Source: Malacoraja senta (taxonomy: Eukaryota). Taken from it: a stretch of DNA of 64,000 nt. The stretch is from contig JAXLNO010000600.1 of NCBI GenBank assembly GCA_038087875.1, forward strand, positions 310,001-374,000. Direction: 5' to 3'. The notes beneath the pieces were generated by a model that saw only the letters and a program-made list of their open reading frames with translations, was not told the origin of the DNA and made no database searches. Below are positions 50,228 to 62,199 of the stretch, piece by piece. How positions within the stretch are numbered: the stretch's first letter is position 1; the number at the start of each line of letters is the position of its first letter. Both the position numbers and the translations under genes were made by a program.

Positions 50228-50675
50228 TTAAGAAGGAATTGCAGATGCTGGAAAAATTGAAGGGAGACAAAAATGCTGGAGAAACTCAGCAGGTGAGGCA
50301 ACATCTATGGAGCGAAGGAATAGGTGACGTTTCAGGTCGAGACCCTTCTTCAGACTGATGTGGGGGTGGGGGGAGCGGGAAGAAGAAAGGAAGAGGCGGA
50401 GACAGTGGGCTGTGGGAGAGCTGGGAAGGGGAGGGGAAGGAGGGAGAAAGCAAGGACTATCTGAAATTGGAGAAGTCAATGTTCATATCGCTGGGGTGTA
50501 AACTACCCAAGTGAAATATGAGGTGCTGCTCCTCCAATTTATGGTGGGACTCACTCTGACCATGGAGGAGGCCCAGGACGAATTGGAGAAGCAGCACCTT
50601 ATATTTCGTTTGGGTAGTTTACACCCCTGATTCCTGCCTCACCCGCTGAGTTTCTCCAGCATTTTTGTCTACCTT
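50228..50675. mobile_element. Penelope-derived element with short inverted end
   Basis: pLTR plus endonuclease C-terminal fragment; TSD TCAATGGTTTACATG on both sides. Confidence 0.8.
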
Positions 50676-53600
50676 CAATGGTTTACATGGTCTTTATAAA
50701 ATAGATAAATGTATAACATTATGAGAGGCATTAACAGTGTTGATAAAATCTAATCCTCGTGGTAGGAGTGTCAAAAACATTAGGGAGAGGAAGGTGGTTT
50801 AAAGTGGATCATAGGGATAATATTTTACACTAATAATGTTTGATATCTGGAACATGCTGTTAGAGGAAGTGCACTGCAAATAAGTTTTGTACCAAAAACA
50901 CACGTTAACCTTCCTTGAGTTATCAGATGTAATTACTGTGTTTAAATGAATGAATGAACAAATGAATAAGTTTATTGGCCAAGTATTCACATACAAGGAG
51001 TTTGCCTTGGTGCTCCGCCCGCAAGTGACAACATGACATACAGTGACAGTTAGGAATGACACATAAAACATTAAACATTAATAATAAAACATTATCGATT
51101 AATCATGTGAATTAAATATAATACCAGAGCAAAAGGAGGCTACAGATTTTTGGTTATTGAGTAGAGCTACTACTCGTGGAAGTTTAAGAGACATTTAGAC
51201 AGACGGCTAAATAGGCAAGATATAAAAGGACATGCTCCTAATGCAGGCAACTGGGGTTTGTATGGATGGGCAAAAAGGTTGGCATGGAGGTAGTGGACTA
51301 AAGAGTCGCTGGACATCTCAATCGCTCTGAGATACGTCAGCAACTCAGTGGGACAGGCAGCATCTCTGGATAGAAGGAATGGGTGTCATTTCACCCTTCA
51401 TACTGAAGAAAGGTCTCGACCAGAAACGCCATCCATTCCTTCTCTCCAGAGATGCTGTGTGTCCCGCTGAGTTACTCCAGCGATTTGTGTCTATCTTCGG
51501 TTTAAATCAGCATCTGCAGTTCCTTCCTACACAAATATGGTTAGTTACTTTTTTCTCAGGCCAGGTTTGCTGCAGCAACTTTAAAAAGCTGCATCATTTT
51601 AGACAATAGGTGCAGGAGTAGGCCATTCGTCCCTTCGATTCAATGTGATCATGGCTGATCATCCCCAATCAGTACCCCGTTCCTGCCTTCACCCCATATC
51701 CGCTGACTGCTATCTTTAAGAGCCCTATCTAGCTCTCTCTTGAAAGCATCCAGAGAACCGGCCTCCACCGCCCACTGAGGCAGAGAATTCCACAGACTCA
51801 CAACTCTCTGTGTGAAAATGTATTTCCTCATCTCTGTTCTAAAAGGCTGACCCCTTATTCTTTTAGAATGTCCTCATGCTAAGCACATTAGGGTTTAATG
51901 TAACCTATCCATAGGGATAGAATCACCTAAAAAATACCTAGATCCTAATGGGGCACAGCCCAAAACACTGCAGTGATTAGCAGGAAACCAACAAATTGAA
52001 ACCATGGGCACACCTGCACTAGTAAATAGAAATAATGCATTCGCTGGGTGGCTCTGCCCTTCTGCGCTTGGAATTGAACAATGGATTTAATGAAAATACA
52101 GCTTATTTTTCCTTACGTTGGACTTGCATTTCCACCCTGGAAATCTGGACTTTGACTGATGCATAGTAGAAAGCATACAATAGACAATAGGTGCAGGCGC
52201 CCAAATATCAGAGTGTTTGACAGGACAGTTTGGAGGAAGTTTTACTCTACATTAAATCCATCTGTTGTGGGAATGTTTGATGAGGCAGAACAGTTACTGG
52301 AAGACGAGGACTGCGCCACTTTAAGTGATTGGAGATAGTAACAGTTCCTGTCCCGTTAAGAGCATGTGATGCTGAATTGATTTGTGTTTGACTGTCTGTC
52401 ACAATGGAATCTCCGGCCTTTAAAGTGGTCTCATCTTACACCAGTAAGTCACTCTTAAGAGCGGAAAAAATGCTTTCTGATGATAATTAAATCCTGTGTT
52501 CTTGGGAGAGTGCCTGCTCAGATGAAGCCTAAAGAACAACCTCTAGGGCTTTTCCATGTAATCGAACATCACTGCCTTTGTTAGGAAGGCCAGCTGTTTG
52601 TCTTTAATGTCTGAGATTCAGGAAACATGAAAGAGAACCATTTCACCTCTTATTGACAAAGAGCTGAAACCAGAGAATGTGACTTGTTCGCCACAGTAGG
52701 TAATTGAGGGGGCTGTGCCCAGCCACACTTTCCTGTGTTTGTAATGTCTTATATCAAAGAACTGACTGTCATTGCAAGAGCAGTAAGCTGACACTTCACT
52801 GCATTGCTCATAGTAGCAAATGAGAAGTGAATGAGAGCGTGACTTGGCTTCAGTTAGCTGTAGGAACATTGTAATTGTTAGAGTAGAAAGACAGATCCAG
52901 TTATTTTTCCTACCTATCTAATCGTAGGACAAAAGAGTAATTGTGGACTAAATACTCAATCTGTTAAAAAGAAACGGCACATAAGAAGCTGCAGATGCTG
53001 GAATCTTGCATAGAACACGGAGCGCTGGAGTCACTCAGCGGGCCCTGAGTGCCTATCCATTTCCTCCAGAGATGCTGCCTGACCTGCTGCGTTATTCCAG
53101 CACTTTGTGTTCTGCAAAACGAATGGCAGATGATCTCAATGAAACCTATAATTTTTTTAAGGGCACTTGAGAGTTTATGTTGAGAATATTTTCCCACTGA
53201 GGGAAACTTTGAATGCAGGAGCATTGTCCCAACTTGAAAGAACTAAGTGAAGAACAAACATGTCACTTATTTTCTAAGCCATTTCACCTATTTTCTTAAA
53301 AAAAAAAAAGTCCTGGAGGAAGGTAGACAAAAATGCTGGAGAAACTCAGTGGGTGAGGCAGCATCTATGGAGCGAAGGAATAGGTGACGTTTCGGGTCGA
53401 GACCCTTCTTCAGACTGGACGTCACCTATTCCTTCGCTCCAGAGATGCTGCCTCAATGCTGAGTTTCTCCAGCATTTTCGTCTACCTTTGATTTTTCCAG
53501 CATCTGCAGTTCTTTCTTAAACAAAGTCCTGGAGCAACTCAGCAAGTCAGACAGCATCTTTGGAGGGGTGGACAGAAAACATTTTGGATCAGGACCTCCT

Positions 53601-54014
53601 TCAGACTGACAACAGTTTGATATTCTATATAAAATACACATTACAAGTGACTCGTTGCTAGAATCATGAGTAATTAAACAATCAGTCTGAAGAAGGATTT
53701 GAAACTCAAACAGGTGAACATTCCCCTCCTTCAAATGTTGACCAATAGACTGCCACAGAAGGCAGTGGAGGCCAATTCACTGGATGCATTCAAAAGAGAG
53801 TTAGATATAGCTCTTAGGGCTAGCGGAATCAAGGGATATGGGGAAAAGGCAGGCACAGGGTACTGATTCTGGATGATCAGCCATGGTCATATTGAAGGGC
53901 CGAATGGCCTACTCCTTGAAGGGGCGAATGGCCTACTCCTGCACCTGTTTTCTATGTTAATCAAGAAGTGAATGAGGTCAGAATAAAGGGGAGCCCGCCG
54001 TCGGGGGCCGCCTT

Positions 54015-54195
54015 GCACAAAGGGGGACCTAGCATGGGGGGGGCTAGAACAAAGGGGGGCCCAGCATGGGGGGGGCTAGAAGAAAGGGGGGCCCAGCATG
54101 GGAGGGGGGACTAGAACAAAGGGGGGCCAGCATGGGGGAGGGGCTAGAACAAAGGGGAGCCAGCATGGGGGAGGGGCTAGAACAAGGGGGGGCCA
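54015..54195. repeat. G-rich ~31-bp minisatellite (~5 copies)
   Basis: Unit CCAGCATGGGGG(A/G)GGGCTAGAACAAAGGGGGG, followed by a Rex1-like tail to ~54310. Confidence 0.85.
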
Positions 54196-55288
54196 TTGGG
54201 GACTAAATGTAATCTTGTCGGAGCTCTATATGTGGCGCCTCTTTACATACTTTGTATATGCAAAACAAAGAATCTCACTGTGACATGTCACATGTGATAA
54301 TAAAGTATCACTCAGTAAAGGGATAACTCACTAAAGCTCCTGACATGTTATAAAAAAACTTTATTTTGAAAGTTACTTTTGAATCTTCTTACACAACCCT
54401 TTGTAGGTGGCCCTTCTCTTTCATTAAAAACTTACTGCACACAAAAAAAGTATCTCTTCATTTTAACACGAGAGGGAAAAGATTTAATAGGAACTGAGGG
54501 GCAACTATTTCACTCGGGATGAAAGGGGGGGCGATGGATATACAGAATGAGCTACCAGAGGAGGTAGTTGAGGCAGGTACAACATTTAGAGCACAAGATA
54601 GACACAAAAAACTGGTGTAACTCAGAGGGACAGGCACCATCTCTGGTGAGAAGGAATGGGTGACGTTTCGGGTCGAGACCCAGGTCTGAAGAAGAGTCTC
54701 GACCCGAAACGGAGATGTTTAGAACGGAAACGAGGAAAGACTTTTTCACACAGAGAGTTGTGAGTCTGTGGAATTCTCTGCCTCAGAGGGCGGTGGAGGC
54801 CGGTTCTCTGGATACTTTCAAGAGAGAGCTAGATAGGGCTCTTAAAGATAGCGGTCAGGGGATATGGGGAGAAGGCAGGAACGGGGTACTGATTGTGGAT
54901 GATCAGCCATGATCACATCGAATGGCGGTGCTGGCTCGAAAAAGTATTTCCTCATCTCCGTTCTAAATGGCTTACCCCTTTTTCTTAAACTGTGGCCCCT
55001 GGTTCTGGCCCCCCCCCCCCAACATCGGGAACATGTTTCCTGTCTCTAGCGTGTCCAAACCCTTAATAATCTTAAATGTTTCAATAAGATCCCCTCTCAT
55101 CCTTCTAAATTCCAGAATATACAAGCCTTCTTGACATTGTAGTGTATCTTTAATGCACCCTCTCCAATGTCACTATCCTTCCAAAAGAAAGAACCAAAAA
55201 AAGAAAGAACACCAGGTAAAGAATGTGAGCAACATGACGAGAGTGTTGTTCCCTGCTGTGAATAGTAGCCAGTTGAGAATGCTGCCCC

Positions 55289-55776
55289 TTCTTCTTCTTC
55301 TTCTTCTTGCGAATGAAACATAAACCAAAGGAATAGTTAGATCTCAAGCCGAGTGTTGAGCAACCAGGTTGTTGTCTCTGCTGGCGTCAATGTCTGCCAG
55401 GCCATGAGCTCCATTTGGTGGGTGTTAGAGCGGGCACCCAGAGATGACATGGTTGGCTGTCTGTTGTTCACGGCTGGGCTCTGGTGGAGCCCCCATCTCC
55501 ACATGCTGGCATTGAAACGCCCAACTCCAGTACCAAGTGTTGAGCTTCACCCATGCTCCTCTGGGGAGGTCAGACCCTGGACAGCTTTTATCTGGTGAAG
55601 AGATGTAGCTGTGTAATGGAGATGAGGTTGCCTTCCACTCCTGTGACCACTTGGTGGCTATCCAGTGTGCTTTTGTCTCAGTTGGCTGGATGGATGGATG
55701 CTAGGAGTTGTTTTCCATGTGGAGCAAAGGGGTGACGTGACTTCAGTCGGGGTGGCCTCTGCTCTCTGCTGATAAT
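55289..55776 (-). mobile_element. Ingi/Vingi-like (I-group) LINE 3' end
   Basis: PGSDLPRGAWVKLN..GVGRFNASMWRWGL..QTANHVISGCP (decayed C-terminal zinc finger), (GAA)n tail, TSD TGCTGCCCC at 55280-55288 and 55777-55785. Confidence 0.75.
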
Positions 55777-55875
55777 TGCTGCCCCAATTTCCACTCCTGC
55801 AATGACTCTGGGCTTGCAGAATGTATTTATGTAAGTTGGATCACTGTTTCATGCTGTTGTTCCTTTGGTTCACAG

Positions 55876-55985
55876 CCGCAACCATTCTGATAACTGAATG
55901 GAGAACAAAGTACAGGAGAGAAATGAACACCAGGGACAACGAGGCAAAGTCGAAGGCCGTTGACTCTTTGCTCAACTTTGAAACG
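55876..55985 (+). CDS. ABCB6: ABCB6 coding exon 7 (110 nt); gene continues beyond the window
   Basis: (T)[36 protein letters not shown]; acceptor TTCACAG|, donor |GTAACA; phase 1/0. Confidence 0.96.
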
Positions 55986-56007
55986 GTAACATTGATTTTC
56001 TGAAGTT

Positions 56008-56447
56008 GTAGACAATAGACAATAGGTGCAGGAGTAGGCCATTCGGCCCTTCGAGCCAGCACCGCCATTCAATGTGGTTATGGCTGATCATCCCCAATCA
56101 GTACCCCGTTCCTGCCTTCTCCCCATATCCCTGACTCCGCTATCTTTAAGAGCCCTATCTAGCTCTCTCTTGAAAGCATCCAGAGAACCTGCCTCCACCG
56201 CCCTCTGAGGCAGAGAATTCCACAGACTCACAACTCTCTGTGTGAAATAGTGTTTCCTCGTCTCCGTTCTAAATGGCTTACCCCTTATTCTTAAACTGTG
56301 GCCCCTGGGTCTGGACGCCCCCAACATCGGGAACATGTTTCCTGCCTCCAGCGTGTCCAAACCCTTAACAATCTTATATGTTTCAATAAGATTCCCCTCT
56401 CATCCTTCTAAACTCCAGAGTGTACAAGCCCAGCTGCTTCATTCTCA
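56008..56447 (-). mobile_element. CR1 3' portion
   Basis: Same young family; begins ~22 nt after the exon 7 donor. Confidence 0.9.
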
Positions 56448-56477
56448 GCTTTGTACAGCTACTAAAGGGGCTACTTA

Positions 56478-56782
56478 GGGGCAGCACAGTGGCGCAGCGG
56501 TAGAGTTGCTGCCTTACAGAGACCTGGGTTCGATCCTGACTACGGGTGCTGACTGTATGGAGTTTGTACGTTCTCCCCATGACCTGCGTGGGTTTTCTCC
56601 GGGTGCTCCGGTTTCATCCTACACTCCAAGGACGTCAAGGCTTGTAGGTTAATTGGCTTGGTATAATTGTAAATTGTCCCTAGTGTATGTTGGATAGTGT
56701 TAGTATGCGGGGATCACTGGTCAGCGCGGACTCGGTGGGCCGAAGGGTCTGTTTCTGCGCTGTTTCTCTAAACTAAACTAAA
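56478..56782 (+). mobile_element. HE1/V-SINE-type SINE
   Basis: A/B boxes and (CTAAA)n tail. Confidence 0.88.
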
Positions 56783-57052
56783 ATTGACAGGCAAATTAAA
56801 GATGGTTTTTGAAGGGGACAGCAAATGGAGGGATATAATTGTTAGCTGGGACAAAGAGATAGCAAGTTGCTGCTGATGGTTGGTGGGGAGAGCGGAGATG
56901 TTATGTGATTGATGAAGAAAGAGAGGAAAGTGATGTGATAGATTATCTTCCCAAAGGTTTAAAAATAAAATTTAGCCTTTGTTCGGTTTTGACTAATTCA
57001 TAGTAATCTGAATGCAGCGGTGACAGATACAAAATGCTGGAGTAACTCAGCG

Positions 57053-57506
57053 TTTAAGAAAGAAAAAATCAAAGCAAGACAAAAATGCTGGAGAAACTCA
57101 GCGGGTGAGGCAGCATCTATGGAGCGGAGCGAAGGAATAGGTGACGTTTCAGGTCAAGACCCTTCTTCAGACTGATGTGCGGGTGGGGGGGTGGGAAGAA
57201 GAAAGGAAGAGGTGGAAACAGTGGGCTGTGGGAGAGCTGGGAAGGGGAGGGGAAGGAGGGAGAAAGCAAGGACTACCTGAAATTAGAGAAGTCAATGTTC
57301 ATACTGCTGGGGTGTAAACTACCCAAGCGAAATATGAGGTGCCACTCCTCTAATTTGCGGTGGGACTCACTCTGGCCATGCAGGAGGCCCAGGACAGAAA
57401 GGTCGGATTCAGAATGGGAGGGGGAGTTGAAGTCCTGAGACACCGGGAGATCAGGTTGGTTAGTGCGAACCGAGCGGAGGTGTTGGGCGAAGCGATCGCC
57501 AAGCCT
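57053..57506 (-). mobile_element. Penelope 3' fragment
   Basis: RLGDRFAQH endonuclease remnant plus pLTR. Confidence 0.8.
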
Positions 57507-57611
57507 ATCCTTGGTAAATTAGCGGGTCAGGCAGCATCCCTGAAGAAAGGTCCCGGCCTGAAATGTCACATCCATGTTCTCCGGGGATGTTGCCTAACTC
57601 ACTCTTACTCC

Positions 57612-58047
57612 GCCTAATAGATAAATATGACCAATTCTTAAGGAGTTGGTCACCTTTCATCGACTTTTTGGAATCATGTGATGCAGCAGTACCGTAAAGA
57701 TTACTGATTTCAGGTCAGGTCGTGGATAGATTTACATCTCCAAACAAAGATTTGAAAATTTCTTTTTTAAGGGTCTTTTTCTACTATTTATACTTTCTAT
57801 TTTTTCTTTTCTTATATACACACTTCACGTTTTTCTATTTTCTACTATTTATTTTTCCTCTTTCTTTTCTCTATTTTTTTTTCTTTATTTTTTTTAATTT
57901 TTTACCTCCTTTTCAAAAACATAAAACTAGAGGTTGTACATAGAATGCATTACGTTATGACATAGTTGGCACCTAAACTTAGGTGCCACTGTATTGTTTT
58001 GTATTGTATTAACTTCTAATAAAATAAACAAAACAAAAACAAAAAAA
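57612..58047 (+). mobile_element. L1-clade LINE 3' end with poly(A)
   Basis: LIDKYDQFLRSWSPFIDFL..stop, T-rich 3' UTR, AATAAA, A-rich tail; flanked by a 111-bp direct repeat. Confidence 0.75.
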
Positions 58048-58350
58048 AAGCCTATCCTTGGTAAATTAGCGGGTCAGGCAGCATCCCTGAAGAAAGGTCC
58101 CGGCCTGAAATGTCACATCCATGTTCTCCGGGGATGTTGCCTAACTCACTCTTACTCCAGCATTTTGTGTCTTTCCTTGGTAAACTATCATTAACCTGTT
58201 CCTTGTTTCTATTGATTGTCGCAATGCCTCATTCACTAAGGAAATAAAATCGTATCTGGTTCTTCCTCTCTCAACCGCGATCACCCAAAGTGTTTCACAA
58301 CCAATGAAGAACTTGTCTGCAGAAAACACCACAACAAGCATACCAGCATA

Positions 58351-58668
58351 TTTAGTTTAGAGATCCAACGTGGAAACAGGCCCTTCAGCCCACCGAGTCC
58401 TCGCCAACCAGCCATCCCCGCGCACTAACACTATCCTACACACACACACTAGGGACAATTTACATTTATACCAAGCCAATTAACCTACAAACCTGTACAT
58501 CTTTGGAGCGTGGGAGAAAACCGAAGATCTCGGAGAAAACCCACGCAGGTCTCGGGGAGAACGTACAAACTCCGTACAGACAGCACCCGTAGTCGGGATC
58601 GAACCTGGGTCTCTGGCGCTGTATGTGCTGTAAGGCAGCAACTCTACCGCTGCGCCACCGTGCCGCCC
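58351..58668 (-). mobile_element. HE1/V-SINE-type SINE
   Basis: Full reverse complement including A/B boxes and tail. Confidence 0.9.
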
Positions 58669-58954
58669 TGAATACACTAGCATAGTAACTAATAATAATC
58701 AGTTGGTTTGTTTCTATGCATGGTAATTGGGGATGAAATATTTCAGTTTAGTTTATTGTCACGTGTACCGAGGTAGAGTGTGAAGCTTTTATTTCGTACT
58801 ATCCAGTCACAATCGAGCCATTTACAGTGTACAGATACATGATAAAGGAATAAGGTTTAGTGCAAGATAAAGCCAGCAAAGTCTGATCATGGATAGTTCG
58901 AGGGTCACCAAAGAGGTAGATAGTAGTGCAGCACTGCTCTCTTGTTGTGGTAGG

Positions 58955-59920
58955 ATATGATACGATAGGACTTTATTTATCCCAGGAGGGAAATTAATTT
59001 GCCGACAGTCATAAATCACAAGATACATGAAACATGAAATAAAAGTGACGAGTGAAAGGATTGGGGATGTGCAAAGTTTGAAGGGGGGGGGGGGGGGTCA
59101 GTCTACCCCACGACAGAAGGGGGAGGAGTTGTACAGTTTGATAGCCACAGGGAAGAAGGATCTCCTGTGGCGTTCTGTCCTGCATCTTGGTGGAGCCGGT
59201 CTGTAGCTAAAGGTGCTCCTCAGGTTGACCAGTGTGTCATGGAGGGGGTGAGCTGTATTGTCCGGGATGCTCCACAGACGAGGAGCATTCTTGTCTCCAA
59301 GACCAACCTCCCGTGAATCCAACTCCCCCCCCCCCCCAGGACGGAGCCAGCCTTCCTGATGAGATTGTTAATCTTGTTGGCGTCCACAGCCATCGCCATG
59401 CTGCCCCAGAACACGACAGTAAAGAAAATGGTACTGGCTACCCCTGATTGATAGAACATCTGTAGCATGTTACTGCAGATGTTGAAGGAGCGGAGCCTTC
59501 TCAAAATGTACAGCCGGCTCTGTCCCTTCTTGTACAGTGCCTCAGCGTTCCTGTACCAGTCCAGTTTACTGTCCAGGTACACTCCCAGGTATTTGTACTC
59601 CTTGGTAAACTGCACATCCACACCATTGATGGAGACAGGGGACAGGGTTCCACTCCTAAAGTCCACCACCAACCCCTGAGTCTTGTCGGTGTTGAGCTGC
59701 AGGTGATTCAGCCCACACCACTAAACAAAGCCGTTGACTTCACCTCTGTATTCAGCTTCCCTCCCCTCACTGATGCAGCCCACAATTGCAGAGTCATCTG
59801 AAAACCTCTGCAGGTGGCAGGAGTTTGGATTATATCTGAAGTCTGTGGTGTAGATGGTGAACAGGAAGGGAGAGAGGCCTGTCCCCTGTGGGGCCCCTGT
59901 GTTGCTCACTACCATGTCCG
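58955..59920 (-). mobile_element. Rex1/Babar-like LINE (second family), 5'-truncated
   Basis: GAPQGTGLSPFLF, FSDDSAIVG, YKYLGVYLD, KKGQSRLY and RSFFPVAIKLYN motifs. Confidence 0.88.
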
Positions 59921-60429
59921 AGACTTGATTCAGTTGCCTGATAAACGCTGGGAAGAAACTGTCCCTGAATCTGGAGGTGTGTTATAGACAATAGACAATA
60001 GGTGCAGGAGTATGCCATTTGGCCCTTCGAGCCAGCACCGCCATTCAATGTGATCATGGCTGATCATCCACAATCAGTACCCCGTTCCTGCCTTCTCCCC
60101 ATATCCCCTGACTCCGCTATTTTTAAGAGCCCTATCTAGCTTCTACTTTCTTCACACCTCTTTTCCTTTTGCAAGATTTTCAGGGAGAATTCCCCTGTTC
60201 ATCAGAAAATGGCAGGTTTTATTTATACCCACCCAACTGGATAACTAATTCCATGTCAATTTCAAAAGCAGGTACCTCTAGAAGTTATCAGTTCCTTTAT
60301 TGCATTGGAGTGCCAACATACGTTTTGTGCACTAGCCTCTGGAATAGTACATAAAGCCTACTAGCTGCTTCAGATGTAAAATTGCTCTTCACTGGTCAAT
60401 GGTTAAAAAGTAGGAGCAACATGTTGACA

Positions 60430-60990
60430 CTCATAAGTTCATAAATCATGGAAGCAGTTAGGCCATTTGGCCATCAAGTCTACTCCGCCTTTCAATCATG
60501 GCTGATCTGCCAATCCCTCTCAACCTCATTTTCCTGTCTTCTCCCCATAACCTTTGACACCATTACTTATCAGGAATCTGTCAAACTTTGCTTAAAAATA
60601 TCCATTGACTTGGCTCCACAGCCTTCTGTGGCAATGAATCCCACTGATTCACCACCCTCCCACTAAAGGAATTCCTCCTCGTCTCCATTCTAAAGGTACG
60701 CCCTTTTATTCTAAAGCTGTACTCTCAGGTCCTAGACTCTCCCCCTAGTGGAAACATCTTCTCCACATCCTTTCTATCCAGGCCTTTCACTATTTGGTAA
60801 GTTTCAGTGAGGCCCTCTCTCATCCTTCTAAACTCCAGCGAGTACAGGCCCAGTGCCGTCAAACGCTTATCATATGTTAACCCACTCATTCCTGGGATCA
60901 TTCTCGTAAACCTCCTCTGGACCCTCTCCAATGCCAGCACATCTCCCCTCAGATACGGGGCCCAAATGTGCTCACAATACTCCAAATACT
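60430..60990 (-). mobile_element. CR1 3' portion (older family)
   Basis: LEYCEHIWAPYLRGDVLALERVQRRFTRMIPG. Confidence 0.85.
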
Positions 60991-62199
60991 TCTTGAACAA
61001 TATTCCAAAGGTGGTTTGATCAGCACCCCAAGCAGCTTGTGATATGAACTAATACCTGCCAGTCCCCATAAGGACGATACCTTAAACTTGTTTCCCCTCG
61101 TGTTACAGGACTTGATGTTTGATTAAAAAATTGCAAATGGATAGATTAATATAAGGACTGCTCACAGTTTTCATGGGATTTGGTCAATTGAGGCCATCCT
61201 AAATAACCTTCAAGACTCAAGTGTTTAAGAAGGAACTGCAGATGCTGGAAAAATCGAAGGTAGACAAAAATGCTGGAGAAACTGGCAGAAATGCTGGAGA
61301 AATGCTGGGTGAGGCAGCATCTATGGAGCGAAGGAATAAGTGACGTTTCGGGTCGAGGCCCATCTTCAGACTGATGTGGGGGTGAGGGGGTCGAGAAGAA
61401 AGGAAAAAGCGGAGACAGTGGGCTGAGGGCGAGCTGGGAAGGGGAGGGGAAAGAAGGAGAAAGACAATAGACAATAGGTGCAGGAGTAGGCCATTTGGCC
61501 CTTCGAGCCAGCACCACCATTCAATGTGATCATGGCTGATCATCCCCAATCAGTACCCCGTTCCTGCCTTCTCCCCATATCCCATCTCCGCTATTTTTAA
61601 GAGCCCTATCTAGCTCTCTCTTGAAAGCATCCAGAGAACCTGCCTCCACCACCCTCTGAGGCAGAGACTACCTGAAATTGAAGAAGTCAATGTTCATATC
61701 GCTGGGGTGTAAACGACCCAAGCGAAGGATGAGGTGCTGCTCCTCCAATTTACGGTGGGACTCACTCTAGCCATGACTCGAGAGTGTTTTATTGTCATAC
61801 AGTATGTCCACGAGAGAACAAGAACTTCTCAACACATTGCTGCCTTCTGTTGGGAGGAAGTGAGTGAGATTAATACGGACTTGTATTTTACAAGCTGCAG
61901 GAGGTGATGAGTTGAAGACGGTGCCTCAGAAACTACAATCCTTTGCCTTGCAGCATTCTGGAAGGTCATCAAAGGTTTTGACGTTCCCCACCTCCTCCTC
62001 ATGTTTTCCCAAGAAACCTTTAGCTCTGCTACTGGATACAAGGAGACATCAAAGCATATTTGGGTTTAAATAGTACTGTTCAGGTGAAGCAGGATTATTT
62101 GCTCGCATCTGGTGTGCTATAGTTTGAAAGTAGCTCCTTCTGCTAATGGATTGCACAGAACAGATGAATAATTGACCCAAGTGGCATGTGTTGCGTTGG

